Shown piece after piece: positions 8,125-18,394 of a DNA stretch of 64,000 nucleotides. Origin of the DNA: Candidatus Jordarchaeales archaeon (GTDB lineage: Archaea; Asgardarchaeota; Jordiarchaeia; Jordiarchaeales; Freyrarchaeaceae); contig JAWAHN010000002.1 of assembly GCA_038889235.1 (NCBI GenBank), positions 104,288 to 168,287 of the forward strand. Direction: 5' to 3'. The notes under the pieces are model-generated. The model made no database searches. It was given only the letters and a program-made list of their open reading frames with translations, and was not told where the DNA came from. A program made the position numbers and the translations under genes. Numbering within the stretch: position 1 is the stretch's first letter; every line of letters begins with the position of its first letter.

Positions 8125-9285
8125 CTAGAATAGTGGGGCATACTTCGAAATAGTCTCCTTAAGTTTTTTAATGGTCTCTCTCACGACAGCAAATATTCTA
8201 TCTTTTTCGTAGGTTAGCGGTGGCTTTTCCTGGTCATACATGGTCTCTGGGTCCCTAGGGACATCGCCAAGTTCAAGTGCGATTTTAGTGTAGAGCTCCC
8301 TCCACGACGGAGGCGTATGTTCCGGCGGTTTAACCCCCAGTAACTTACAGACCATCAGGGTCCACGCTTTTGCCGTGCATCCTATATCGTATCCTCCCCC
8401 ACCGAGGAGTATTAGTTTACCGCCTGTAGCCTCGTGTGCTAGCTTATGAAGTATCTCCATTATTTTCTCGTAGCAGTCCAGTGTGAGCGCCTCCGTGGTT
8501 AACGGATCCCTGAAGTGCGTATCGACACCGCATTGTTGTATTATTATGTCGGGCTCATAGGACTTCACTAGCGACGGAACCACTTCGTTGTATGCATAAA
8601 GGTATGCCTCGCTGAACGTTAGGGGAGGGAGTGGAACGTTCACGCAGTAACCTTTCCCCTCTCCCTCTCCAACTTCGTCTATGAACCCTGTTCCAGGATA
8701 GAGGAATCGCCCGTCCTCGTGGAAGGAGACCGTCAAAACGCTCGGGTCATCGTAGAACACTTCTTGGGTTCCATCTCCATGGTGACAGTCTATGTCGACG
8801 ATCATTATTTTCTTCAAACCATACTTCTTCTGAAGGTATCTCGCAGTTATGGCGACATCATTGAAAACGCAGAAGCCAGCGCCTCTATCTCTGGCGGCGT
8901 GGTGCATTCCCCCTCCTGGGTTAAACGTGTGAACCGCCTTTCCTTCAACGACTAACTCTGCAGCCTTCAAAGAGCCACCGACGAGAATTGCCGACGCACT
9001 GAACATTCCCTTGAATGCTGGCGTGTCACCATAGTCTAAGTACCCCACGCCTATCTCATCAAGCTTCTTAACGCGTTGTAAGTATGCCTCACTGTGAACC
9101 AGTTTAAGCTCCTCCTCGCTCGCCATCCTAGCCTCGGCAATGTAGAGGTCAGGGTGACTGAGTAGACCTATTCCCTTCATGAGCTCCATCATGAGAACCA
9201 GCCTTTGAGGGCGCAACGGGTGCTCGGGGCCGAAGAAGTACTTAAGATAATCATCTGAATAAACTAAAGCTACTTTTCCACCCAA
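8125..9285 (-). CDS. histone deacetylase superfamily protein (acetoin utilization AcuC / HDAC-like)
   Basis: 386 aa with DIDCHHGDGTQ, FHEDGRFLYPGTG and GGGGYD motifs characteristic of the arginase/deacetylase fold. Confidence 0.85.
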   Translation of the reverse strand: MGGKVALVYSDDYLKYFFGPEHPLRPQRLVLMMELMKGIGLLSHPDLYIAEARMASEEELKLVHSEAYLQRVKKLDEIGVGYLDYGDTPAFKGMFSASAILVGGSLKAAELVVEGKAVHTFNPGGGMHHAARDRGAGFCVFNDVAITARYLQKKYGLKKIMIVDIDCHHGDGTQEVFYDDPSVLTVSFHEDGRFLYPGTGFIDEVGEGEGKGYCVNVPLPPLTFSEAYLYAYNEVVPSLVKSYEPDIIIQQCGVDTHFRDPLTTEALTLDCYEKIMEILHKLAHEATGGKLILLGGGGYDIGCTAKAWTLMVCKLLGVKPPEHTPPSWRELYTKIALELGDVPRDPETMYDQEKPPLTYEKDRIFAVVRETIKKLKETISKYAPLF

Positions 9286-9388
9286 AGCACGAAACCTCCT
9301 TCAAACTAGTGTAGAATTACTTATCCACATAGATGAAGAGTCGAGGTGACTTGGGAGTTTGTTTCTCGAAATAAAAGAAAGGGAAATG

Positions 9389-9889
9389 CTAGTGGATGAC
9401 GAGCACGTCCCTCTCGCTCCAGCGTATCACTTTCTGCGTAGTGCTTCCGAGTACCACGCGCTTAACTCCTGTCAACCCTCTCGTTCCAATTACTATGAGG
9501 TCAACGTTCTCGTTATTCGCCTCTTCAACTATTTTCTCCGCCGGGTCTCCGTAGGTTATCTTCTTCACCACGTCTTCTATACCTTTCTTCTTAGTCAACT
9601 TCTCGGCTTCTTCTAGTATTTTCGAAGCCGCTTGTTCTAAGTAAGATTTAACAAGTCCATAAGATGCCTCAGAGTATTGCTTTACCACTTCTAGTTCTTC
9701 TGTTTTAACAACATTTAACAAAATTATCTGAGAATTATACGTCTTGGCGAGACTTATTGCCCTCTCCAAAGCTCTCTCGGCGTGCTCTGAACCGTCTACA
9801 GGAACAAGTATTTTCTTATACAACTGATCACCCAAAAAGAGTTCTCCCGGCATTCCTTTTAAAATTCTTCTCCACAACGCTTCGCTCAT
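9389..9889 (-). CDS. universal stress protein (UspA family)
   Basis: KILVPVDGSEHAERAL...VDLIVIGTRGLTGVKRVVLGSTT is an ATP-binding Usp signature. Confidence 0.85.
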   Translation of the reverse strand: MSEALWRRILKGMPGELFLGDQLYKKILVPVDGSEHAERALERAISLAKTYNSQIILLNVVKTEELEVVKQYSEASYGLVKSYLEQAASKILEEAEKLTKKKGIEDVVKKITYGDPAEKIVEEANNENVDLIVIGTRGLTGVKRVVLGSTTQKVIRWSERDVLVIH

Positions 9890-10185
9890 CAGCCGCCGTG
9901 CACGACCCCTAGAATCGTTATAACGTCCCCGTCCCGTACCTCGGTATCCAGTCCCTTAAGTACCCTCACATCTCTCTCGTTTAAAAGAATAAGCATTCCG
10001 GGGGCCACCCTTCCCCCATCGACAACTCTTTTGAAAGCTTCTCTGTTAAGAGCTGCTGAAAGCACGTCTCTGACACTCGCCCCCTCACCGACTCTAACGT
10101 TTAACTCTTTAGTCCCAATGATTCTCGCTAACACTAAAGGTAACCGGACCTTAACCTCCATATAAGACACCAGTACTAAACGCAA
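9889..10185 (-). CDS. MoaD/ThiS-family ubiquitin-like small protein (SAMP-like), C-terminal GG
   Basis: The ORF ends ...ILGVVHGG. Beta-grasp-like length. The true start is probably MEVKV (about 10161). The stop overlaps the usp start. Confidence 0.6.
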   Translation of the reverse strand: MRLVLVSYMEVKVRLPLVLARIIGTKELNVRVGEGASVRDVLSAALNREAFKRVVDGGRVAPGMLILLNERDVRVLKGLDTEVRDGDVITILGVVHGG

Positions 10186-10900
10186 CTAGTCTTGTAAAAC
10201 TTAGTCAGGGGAGATGCATTTCCTCACAGCCTAAGCGGCTCGGAGTAGGTCAATCTCCTCATCCTCAAACTTGTTTAACACCACAAACCTATAAATATAG
10301 CGTTCACCGTCTATCCACAGTTTGAGCATTTAAGAATGCTTCCAACTCGGAGCCTTCTCTGTCCGCATTTATGGTATATTGCGGACGTGTTCTTCTCGCT
10401 TACTTTCATGACTTCTGCGCCATACCACTTGCCTTACACGCTATGAACTAGCTTAGCTTTAAGGATGTGGGAATCTGTTGTTACGCTTTCCTCTAAAGGC
10501 CCTACTTTCACCGTTTCGCCTTACACCTTTAAGGTCTCCGAGAAATGTCATTAAATCGTTTGCTAATACCTCGTCAACCATTCTTCTGCTTATCCTGTGG
10601 GGGATATCGATAACTACTCTTCTCTACTTGCTTCCAACATTCTTTGTAGCTTTGTATGTTTTTTTAGGGGGGCCGAGGTTCTCCTAAAGCCAGAAGTGTC
10701 TCTTAACTTCTCTCAGTTCTCCTCCACAGAATTCCGGCTCTGGGACTGCCGGAACTGACTGTTGCAGCTATTCAGCTTACTCCTATTTTATTGCTAGAAC
10801 TGTTTTTTTCTCGTCGACCTCTTTTCCCACAGCTGTATATAGGCGAACCACTCATCAAGGCAAATCCATAACATTACATTCTATATTAAAAACAGTTTTC

Positions 10901-12071
10901 CTATCCAAATATCGTCCTAATAGTCCTCGACACCACTAGCGGCATCGCCTCAACTATAATTCTCCTGCACCCCTTACGGCCGACGAGTAAGTCTGAAATA
11001 AGTCGCTGTATTTTTCCCGATGAAGCGTCCACCACTCTCCTTCCGCTACCTTTCCTTTTCAAAAAGAAGTTTCTAAGCCAAAGGCTCCACTTCAACTCTC
11101 CTCCAACCTCTCTCATGAGCCGCTTTCTGTACCAATGCAATGTTTCACAGCCTTTCTCATAAACTCTAAGCACACCTTCAGCACCTACAACTGCTGATAG
11201 CATCGCAAAGTACATTCCCTCACCGGTTATAGCCGAAACAGCGCCCGCAGCGTCCCCCACAGCCACCCACCTCCTCCCGCAAACGTTTTCTATAATACCT
11301 GAAAGAGGAACCAATGCTGTCTCAAACTTCCACTCGCCCACCCTTAACCTTGGGCGCCACTAGAGGGTGCCCCCAAACGAAGTTGTCCAGGTATTTCTTA
11401 AGCGAACCCCTAACCTCTGAAAGCAGAGATCCAACTCCAACCACGAGCGAACCCCTTCTAGGAAAAATCCAGGCATACCCGAAAGGCGCGACCCCGCCAC
11501 CATAATAAAAGTAGTTTCTACACCCGAAATCTTCCTCTACACGTTTCTCCCCAACCTCTACAATGTACTGGAAGCACAACCCTAACTGGTCTCTCCTCCA
11601 ATTCCACCCGGAAATAGTTCGCGAGAGCGAGAGGACTCCGTCGGCAAACACTATCCACTCGCACTCGTAATCGTTGCTCCCACGGCATACTACACTTTCC
11701 TCTCTAAAGGAAACCTCTTTCACTCTCTCCCCGCAAAAAACTCTCCCCCCTTCTCCCTCGACTCTTTCAGCTAAGTGAAGTCCAAGTCTAGTCCTGTCAA
11801 CGTTTACCCCTACTCTCTCATTGTAGTCAACCATGAACTGTCTTTCCCCAACGGAAACAGCGACACCATACAACTCTCTTTCAAACACTTCTGAGCTTAT
11901 CTTGAACTTTCTCACGGCTCTCTCGGTGAGCATTCCTCCACACGGCTTCCCTTTGTTTGGCGTCTCCTTCTTGTCAACCACAATAACCCTCAAACCTGAT
12001 CTAGCCAACTCTTCACCGCAAACTAGCCCGGCGGGCCCCCCTCCTACGACGACCACATCGCACCTCAACAC
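10901..12071 (-). pseudogene. geranylgeranyl reductase (FAD-dependent) split across two frames (N-part 11322..12071, C-part 10901..11341)
   Basis: The N-terminal part has VVVVGGGPAGLVCGEELARSGLRVIVVDKKE (dinucleotide-binding fold). The C-terminal part has RWVAVGDAAGAVSAITGEGMYFA (GGR FAD motif). Frame A ends ...KVKGGRVEV* at 11322-24, and frame B continues ETALVPLSGIIENV. The junction lies at a TTT run. Confidence 0.7.
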
Positions 12072-12083
12072 GCTTAACCCCCT

Positions 12084-12827
12084 CTAGAGACTAAAGCTGG
12101 AAAGCGTCTCGAGCGCAACTTCAACAGCGTGGTCAAGCCCCTCCACAACCCTTCGACCTATACAGTCGAAGAAGTCCTTTCCTTCAGTAGGCTTATCGCT
12201 CACCGCCATTACAGCACCACACTTTACACCATAAAAAGAGCACACGGCGAAAAGGGCTGAGGTCTCCATGTCTATCCCAATGCATCCAGTCTCTACAGCC
12301 ATTCTCAAGTCTTCCTCCTCTCTAAAAAAGACGTCGGTGGTCCAAACGGGGCCCGCATGCACCCTCCACCCTCTAGCCCTTGCCACACTCAAAAGCCTGG
12401 CGGTCACATCGCTGCTCCCATCAACCACCATCCTGCCGACATAACGTCTTGCAGTTCCGTCGCCTATAAATGCCCTATCAGCCACTATGAGGTCTCCCAC
12501 TCTAACCTCTCTTCTGATACCCCCAGCAAGATCGCTCCTCACAACAAGGCGGACACCCGCCCTACAAAGCGCTTCTAGGGTTACAGCCGTTGCTGGGCAC
12601 CCCATTCCAGTTTGCACAACAGACACCGCAACACCACCGTAATATCCATAAAAAGTCTCCCCCCTTCTTTCGGCTTTATCGAGGAACCTAATTGCCCTAG
12701 CCGTAGCTATCTTAGTCGCCGTTAACAACACACGCCTCCCCAACCTGCCCGGTCTACATCCAAGAATGGCATAAACTTCCCTAACACGTCTTGGCACCGC
12801 CCTCAGAAGACTTACGGCCACATTCAA
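12084..12827 (-). CDS. nucleoside phosphorylase (PNP/UDP phosphorylase family 1)
   Basis: QTGMGCPATAV, IDMETSALF and GAVMAVSD motifs are typical of DeoD/Udp-type phosphorylases. Confidence 0.75.
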   Translation of the reverse strand: MNVAVSLLRAVPRRVREVYAILGCRPGRLGRRVLLTATKIATARAIRFLDKAERRGETFYGYYGGVAVSVVQTGMGCPATAVTLEALCRAGVRLVVRSDLAGGIRREVRVGDLIVADRAFIGDGTARRYVGRMVVDGSSDVTARLLSVARARGWRVHAGPVWTTDVFFREEEDLRMAVETGCIGIDMETSALFAVCSFYGVKCGAVMAVSDKPTEGKDFFDCIGRRVVEGLDHAVEVALETLSSFSL

Positions 12828-12869
12828 GAGTATCTTCCCCCCAGAAGACGTACGAGGAGAAGTGTATGG

Positions 12870-13724
12870 CTAAATCAGATAGGGTAGCAAGACTTTCCAC
12901 TCATCTTTTACGACCCCCGAGAAAATTATGAACTGGCGTAGTATTCTCTTTGGCTCTGAGGGTTGAGGTATCCTGCCAGCCAAGCCGTGAAGAGCCACAC
13001 TCAGCGGGTCGAAGTACATGACCGCAAGCGTGACTAAGCACATTACAGTCAACATGCTAGCTAAAAATATGAGGAGGGTAAACGGCTTCCTCACTAGTTG
13101 CCTCTTAAAACATGCTGGTAAAGCCAGTGCTACCGCAGACGAGAATACCAAGGCGTGGACGGCGTACTGCCCCTCAACCGTGGCGAAGGTTGTTATTAGG
13201 GCAAGCATGGCCGACGAGACGGTTATAGCGGCGTAGTCTCTTGCTGTCAACTCCTCTTCCTTTCTATACCACCCTTCCAGCAATATTCCTCCCACCATTA
13301 ATCCGAAGAACCCTGTGTAAACGAGCTGGTGCCCTAATATTTCATCAAAGTAGTAAACTGGTGCATAAACATGGTAAAGGTAAACTAGAGCTTCGGGACT
13401 TGTAGCCACCTTCAAAGCCGCGAGCAACATAAATTCGTTCTCAGCCATCGTAACCTCAACCCAGTTAGCGGCGAAGTGCAAACCGTAGCCTATAAAGAAC
13501 ACCATCAGGGAGAAGAGAAGTAAGATGTCTAGAAAGATCCTCCTCCAACCTTCTCTGTGAACACCATCCGAGAGAACCCTGTAAAACCCATAAAACATGA
13601 CAGCCATGTAAGGCGCCTGAACGAAGCACTCAAAGAACACGCCTAGTCCTCCAAAAGCGGTTGCAAAGGAAACGATGAAGAACAAAGCTATGAGTGCTAG
13701 CGACAACCTAGCCACTTTACTCAA
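12870..13724 (-). CDS. integral membrane protein (about 8 TM), hypothetical
   Basis: 284 aa with several hydrophobic helices. No recognisable catalytic motif. Confidence 0.5.
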   Translation of the reverse strand: MSKVARLSLALIALFFIVSFATAFGGLGVFFECFVQAPYMAVMFYGFYRVLSDGVHREGWRRIFLDILLLFSLMVFFIGYGLHFAANWVEVTMAENEFMLLAALKVATSPEALVYLYHVYAPVYYFDEILGHQLVYTGFFGLMVGGILLEGWYRKEEELTARDYAAITVSSAMLALITTFATVEGQYAVHALVFSSAVALALPACFKRQLVRKPFTLLIFLASMLTVMCLVTLAVMYFDPLSVALHGLAGRIPQPSEPKRILRQFIIFSGVVKDEWKVLLPYLI

Positions 13725-13834
13725 CAGGGAACACCTCTCTCAGAGAAGGAGCTAAAATTCCTAATTAGAATTTCGCCGTTTAGACACAAAACTAATAACG
13801 GTTATCTTCCCCTCTATTCGGGGATGGGACCATT

Positions 13835-14404
13835 ATGGAAGGCAACATTTTAGAAGAAACAGTTAAAGAATTAGATCGCTCAGCAAAGCTGATAAGGGAC
13901 CTAGTGGCCGACCTCATAAAACTCAGGCGCAGCCTCTTAAAAGCATACTCGAATTTAAGCAGACTCGTAGAAGAGCCGGAACTCCTAAAGCAGGCACCTT
14001 CCACGCCTCTGACTCCACAGCCTCAACTCGTCGAAGCTCCACCACCAACTCCTCCCCCACCGGTACAGCCTCCACTCACACCCCAAGTGTCCGTTCCTGC
14101 AGCACTCTCTGTGGTGCCTCCTGCGCCTCGTGAGGAGCTCCCCGTTAAGGGGGAATTGGCTCCTATCGTAAAGGAGTTGATGGAGTCCATAAAGTCCAAC
14201 CCGCAAGCTTCGAACATTGCTACGAAGCTGAGTGCGTTTAAAGAAAACATTGAGAAAAAGTACATTTACCACCCCGTTCTCTCAGAGGTGAAACTGGTTA
14301 TTTCAAAGTTTCAAAGTATCCCAGGGAGCAGTGTGTTAAGTGAAGGTGAAGTAGAAGAACTCTTGAAGAAAATCCTAAACTGGGCTTCCCGAATTTCACA
14401 GTGA
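13835..14404 (+). CDS. hypothetical protein with central Pro-rich low-complexity linker
   Basis: 189 aa. The central segment is PLTPQPQLVEAPPPTPPPPVQPPLTPQVSVP, flanked by helical regions. Confidence 0.4.
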   Translation: MEGNILEETVKELDRSAKLIRDLVADLIKLRRSLLKAYSNLSRLVEEPELLKQAPSTPLTPQPQLVEAPPPTPPPPVQPPLTPQVSVPAALSVVPPAPREELPVKGELAPIVKELMESIKSNPQASNIATKLSAFKENIEKKYIYHPVLSEVKLVISKFQSIPGSSVLSEGEVEELLKKILNWASRISQ

Positions 14405-15748
14405 CGCGGCAACCAGCCTAACACTGGAAAACCTTACCGAAGGGGAAACTAGGTAAGCGTACTTTCTCACGTCATTTGCGACGCCGTCAACGCGCTTAAG
14501 CATTTCGTAAAAGTTGTCTGCCACCATAGCCGTCCTTGCCGACCCGATAATTTCTCCTCCCTTTATCACCCAGCATGGATTAGCAACTACGCTTATCTCT
14601 CCCGAGACCGGGTTACTGGAGTGGGCTCCCTGAACATCCCAGATGATCACTCCATCGTCTATTTCCTCGATAAGTTTCTCGGGACTTACATCTCCCTTCG
14701 TCACAACTAGGTTTGTCGCAGCAATCTGAGGTAGCGAAGCATACCCGGCTCGCCCCGCATTACCCGTCGACTCGACGCCTGCCACGTTCCCCCAGTAAGT
14801 ATCGAACAAGAACCCCTTCAAAACCCCCTTGTCTATTATGCTCTTCCTCTGAGTTGGAACTCCTTCATCATCGAAGGGAAAAGAGTTGAGGCCGCCCTCC
14901 AAAGTTCCATCATCTACTATGTTGAGGATGCTGGAAGCCACTTGCTCTCCAATTTTTCCAGCGTAGGGTGTCCTCTCCCTCACAACGTTATCTCCAGAAA
15001 TGGCCTGCAAAAACGTATAACTTATCAGGGAGCTAAGCGCCGGGTGAGCTAAGACAGCCGGCTTCCATCCCTGCTCAACATCAGCCGTTTTTAGTGATTC
15101 AACAGCTAAGCGCGCCGCCTCTCTCCCCACCCTCTCGGGGTCTATTTTATGGCTCCTTTGAAAGTCGAAGTCACTACATTCAGGTGATACGCGCTCCCCA
15201 TCCTTAGCCACAGTTCCGAGGGCACATCCCATCTCTGTTCCTTCAGCGCTAACGTCGATACCGCAACTATTCATTATGGATACTTTCTCCCTTCCGCTCA
15301 CCACCACCCCCCAGTACGCTGAGACCTTATCACTGTAATTAGTTGCAGCGTTAAGCATAGCCACAGCCGTATCGACGAGCTCTTCCTCGGTCACGCTGCA
15401 GACTCTGTTGTCGAATATCCCTAAAACTGCAGAAGGTTTCTTAGGGGACGGTAACCCCCTCCACTTCTCGTCGGGCTTGCTCACCCTTGCAGCTCTGACA
15501 GCCTTATCCACAACATATTCTAGTCTTGTTCTATCCAGATTGTTGGAAAAGCTGAACCCAACTGCCCCATTAACGACAACTCTCAATCCAACTCCCTGTT
15601 CGTCCGAGAAGCGGCAGGAGGAAACTTGTCCGAGGTTGATTTCAACCTTCATTTCTCTACTGTAACTGTAGTATACTTCCGTCTCATCCGCTCCAAGCCT
15701 TTCAGCGTGTCTGAGAACCCATTCAAGCAACCCGGCTAGGTCACTCAA
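14396..15748 (-). CDS. TldD/PmbA family metallopeptidase (PmbA-like paralog)
   Basis: 450 aa. PmbA_TldD family features including the C-terminal GxC...HSSNP region. Translationally coupled to the upstream TldD-like gene. Confidence 0.8.
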   Translation of the reverse strand: MSDLAGLLEWVLRHAERLGADETEVYYSYSREMKVEINLGQVSSCRFSDEQGVGLRVVVNGAVGFSFSNNLDRTRLEYVVDKAVRAARVSKPDEKWRGLPSPKKPSAVLGIFDNRVCSVTEEELVDTAVAMLNAATNYSDKVSAYWGVVVSGREKVSIMNSCGIDVSAEGTEMGCALGTVAKDGERVSPECSDFDFQRSHKIDPERVGREAARLAVESLKTADVEQGWKPAVLAHPALSSLISYTFLQAISGDNVVRERTPYAGKIGEQVASSILNIVDDGTLEGGLNSFPFDDEGVPTQRKSIIDKGVLKGFLFDTYWGNVAGVESTGNAGRAGYASLPQIAATNLVVTKGDVSPEKLIEEIDDGVIIWDVQGAHSSNPVSGEISVVANPCWVIKGGEIIGSARTAMVADNFYEMLKRVDGVANDVRKYAYLVSPSVRFSSVRLVAASL

Positions 15749-17271
15749 CCTTCCCGGCCCCCTACCAACATTCTACTACACCTTATATGCGGTCCGCCAT
15801 CTCCCACGTTTACTGTTTGCCCCTTCCCGCACCACCCGACGTTGAGCTTAAAATCGCGCCCGACGGCGTCAACGTGCATGAGTGTTTCCAAAGTGTTTCC
15901 ACTAATAGACAAGTTCCTGACGGGTCTGCCTACTTCGCCATTGACTATCTCGTAGGCCCTTTGGACTCCAACCTGAAATGTTCCATCGAGGTTGGCCTGC
16001 CCCCCTCTAAAGCTCTCAAGTAGATATCCAAAAGAGACTTCCTCCACCATTTCTTCAAGTGTCCACTCTCCGGGCGCGATGTACGTGTTTCTCATCCTCA
16101 CAATAGGGGGTACTCTAAAGCTTTCAGCTCTAGCATTCCCAGTAGGTTCAACGTCAAATTCTTCTATCTTAACGCGCAACTTGTCCACCATTCCCTGAAT
16201 TTTTGCGGCGGTCTCCCTGTCATACATTAACCCGACTACGCGTCCCTCCTTTACTATACTGCACTTACGCGCCCTTACCCCCTCGTCGTCATACTTGAAA
16301 TTCCCAAACCCCCCTTCTATCGACGCGTCGTCAAATATGTTGACTAACGGTGAGGCAACTCTCTGCCCCAACTTGTCGAGAAGCAAGCCCCCGGCAAGAG
16401 CTAAGTCCGCCTCTGCAAGGTGGCCGAAAGCCTCATGGACCAGTACCCCCGTCACGTTAGGTCCCATAACCACAGGGAAAATGCCTCCCTTTGGCGTGGC
16501 TGCCTCCAGCTGCTCGACAACGGCGCGTGCAATTTTCTCGGCCAATTCGCTCGGCGTGTTTTTCCTCCAAACTTTGAACCCTTTGAGCGAACCTATCTCT
16601 TCTCTATAGGCAGCATAAACCTCTCCCTCCCTAGCGGTGACCACAGCCTTCCCCCAAACGTAGAGCACTTCCTGGACGATACTCGCCCCCTCACTATTAA
16701 AAAACCACTTCCTGCCGTACACGTCACTATAACCAAAGTTAAAACTCTTAATCCTCCTGTCGAAGGCAAACGTTTCGCCTGCTAGCTCCAAAAAAAGCTT
16801 GATCTTCTCATCTACCCCAACGTCGGCTGGGTTCTCGTCGGGGACTAACCTAACGTTGTCTGTGAACGCCTTCACATCGGCCAGTTTTACCTTATCCTTC
16901 ACAGCTCTACTCGCAGCTCTCGCCATTTTAACGGCGCTTTCACAAGCTTCACACAATCTCTCGACACTACTAGTGGATGCGAAACCCCATGCACCATCCA
17001 CAATTACACGCACAGCAAACCCGCGGTCAACCCCTTGCTTCACAGCCCTAACCTGTTTGTCCTCTATGCTTATTGATGTTTCCGCAACTTCTTCCCCTCT
17101 AACTTCAACGTAACTAGCTCCTATGCTGAGCCCGTAGTTAACTGCCTTGGCCAGCTCGTCTTCCACGGGAAAACCCCCAATAAGGAATATTAACTTGGAA
17201 ATAAAGCTATTTGTAAGCAATCTAAATCGCCTAAAAGTGGGCTTCAGGAGGCTAAAAGGGTTGCGCAGCAT
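15745..17271 (-). CDS. TldD-like metallopeptidase
   Basis: About 480-508 aa. HEAFGH metal-binding motif. Paired with the PmbA-like gene. The true start is probably internal to the ORF. Confidence 0.8.
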   Translation of the reverse strand: MLRNPFSLLKPTFRRFRLLTNSFISKLIFLIGGFPVEDELAKAVNYGLSIGASYVEVRGEEVAETSISIEDKQVRAVKQGVDRGFAVRVIVDGAWGFASTSSVERLCEACESAVKMARAASRAVKDKVKLADVKAFTDNVRLVPDENPADVGVDEKIKLFLELAGETFAFDRRIKSFNFGYSDVYGRKWFFNSEGASIVQEVLYVWGKAVVTAREGEVYAAYREEIGSLKGFKVWRKNTPSELAEKIARAVVEQLEAATPKGGIFPVVMGPNVTGVLVHEAFGHLAEADLALAGGLLLDKLGQRVASPLVNIFDDASIEGGFGNFKYDDEGVRARKCSIVKEGRVVGLMYDRETAAKIQGMVDKLRVKIEEFDVEPTGNARAESFRVPPIVRMRNTYIAPGEWTLEEMVEEVSFGYLLESFRGGQANLDGTFQVGVQRAYEIVNGEVGRPVRNLSISGNTLETLMHVDAVGRDFKLNVGWCGKGQTVNVGDGGPHIRCSRMLVGGREG

Positions 17272-18082
17272 TACTGTGGCAGCAATTCAGCTAAAGAAAG
17301 CTGACAACAGGGAAGAAAACTTCAGAAATGTTTCTAGGCTAGTTGAAGACGCCATTAAAAGGAGCAATGTCGACTTAATCTGCCTCCCTGAAAAGTGGAA
17401 TATCAAGGAAGGCAATCCTCTCGTAGACTCTGAAGAGCCAAGTGGGCCAAGTATTAAGTTCTTGGAGTCCTTGGCTGAGGAGTATGGTGTCTACGTGCTC
17501 GGCGGCTCCGTATGGGAAAACTGGAATGGAAAAATTTACAATGTTTCCCGCTTGCTAGACCGCTCCGGAAAATGTATTTGCCTTCATCGAAAAATCCACC
17601 TCTACGGCATGGAAAAACATTTTTTCACTCCCGGGAACACGCTTGAACCCTGCAAAACGGAACTCGGCAGGATAGGTTTAACAGTGTGCTTCGACCTAGC
17701 ATTCCCAGAAGTTGCAAGGATCCTCGTCCTCAAGGGAGCTGACATAATACTTAACCCAGCATTAATCCCGTCCGATGGCATTGAGAACTGGCATATTTAC
17801 GTGAAAGCCAGAGCTCTAGAAAACAGAGTCCCCATAGTAGGAGTGAACTCGGTGAGCTTTGAAAGGGGTCTCAGCTGGCCTGGGGAAAGCATAATTGTAA
17901 GTTTCCTCAAAGGATATGAATCACCTGCAAAGTTAAAAGTGGTTGTGGGGAAAAGAAACGAGGAGGATGTGCTAATCCAACAAGTTGACCTCGAATATCC
18001 GCGCCGCATACGAGCCATACGACTATCTGAAAGAGCCGAAATAGACAACCTCTTAGGTCTAACCCGAGAAAACATTTTTTAA
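17147..18082 (+). CDS. carbon-nitrogen hydrolase (nitrilase superfamily)
   Basis: ICLPEKWN (Glu), a Lys region, and VCFDLAFPE (catalytic Cys). The start is probably near 17230-17270 (LRSITVAAIQL) rather than 17147. Confidence 0.8.
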   Translation: MASSSSTGKPPIRNINLEIKLFVSNLNRLKVGFRRLKGLRSITVAAIQLKKADNREENFRNVSRLVEDAIKRSNVDLICLPEKWNIKEGNPLVDSEEPSGPSIKFLESLAEEYGVYVLGGSVWENWNGKIYNVSRLLDRSGKCICLHRKIHLYGMEKHFFTPGNTLEPCKTELGRIGLTVCFDLAFPEVARILVLKGADIILNPALIPSDGIENWHIYVKARALENRVPIVGVNSVSFERGLSWPGESIIVSFLKGYESPAKLKVVVGKRNEEDVLIQQVDLEYPRRIRAIRLSERAEIDNLLGLTRENIF

Positions 18083-18118
18083 GAGCGGAAGTAGATGGGC
18101 TGAAAAGGAGGCGGAAAC

Positions 18119-18394
18119 ATGGGCAAAAAAATGAAGAAGGAACAGGAAAAAGTTACCGAAAAAGAAGTGCGTAGCATTCTTGTCGATGAAAAAATGCTTG
18201 AAACAATGGAGAAGGAAATCCCGAGAATGCGCGTGATAACACCGAGTGAAGTGTCTGACAAGTATGGTATACGGGTCAGTGTAGCAAAAGCTATCTTGAA
18301 ACGCCTGGAGGAGAAAGGGTTAATAAAACTGGTATCCTCAGACAAAAGGCTAAAAATATGGGTTGGGAGCAAGGCGGAAGCGGCTGCCGGCTAA
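18119..18394 (+). CDS. rps25e: 30S ribosomal protein S25e
   Basis: 91 aa. Lys-rich N-terminus and VITPSEVSDKYGIRVSVAKAILKRLEEKGLI, the S25e winged-helix signature. Confidence 0.8.
   Translation: MGKKMKKEQEKVTEKEVRSILVDEKMLETMEKEIPRMRVITPSEVSDKYGIRVSVAKAILKRLEEKGLIKLVSSDKRLKIWVGSKAEAAAG

Noticed and set aside
10186-10900. 700-nt intergenic region screened for box C/D sRNA, CRISPR repeats or another ncRNA.
   Set aside because: No RUGAUGA/CUGA box pairs, no repeated units and no conserved ncRNA signature were found. It is probably ordinary intergenic DNA with promoters for the divergent genes.
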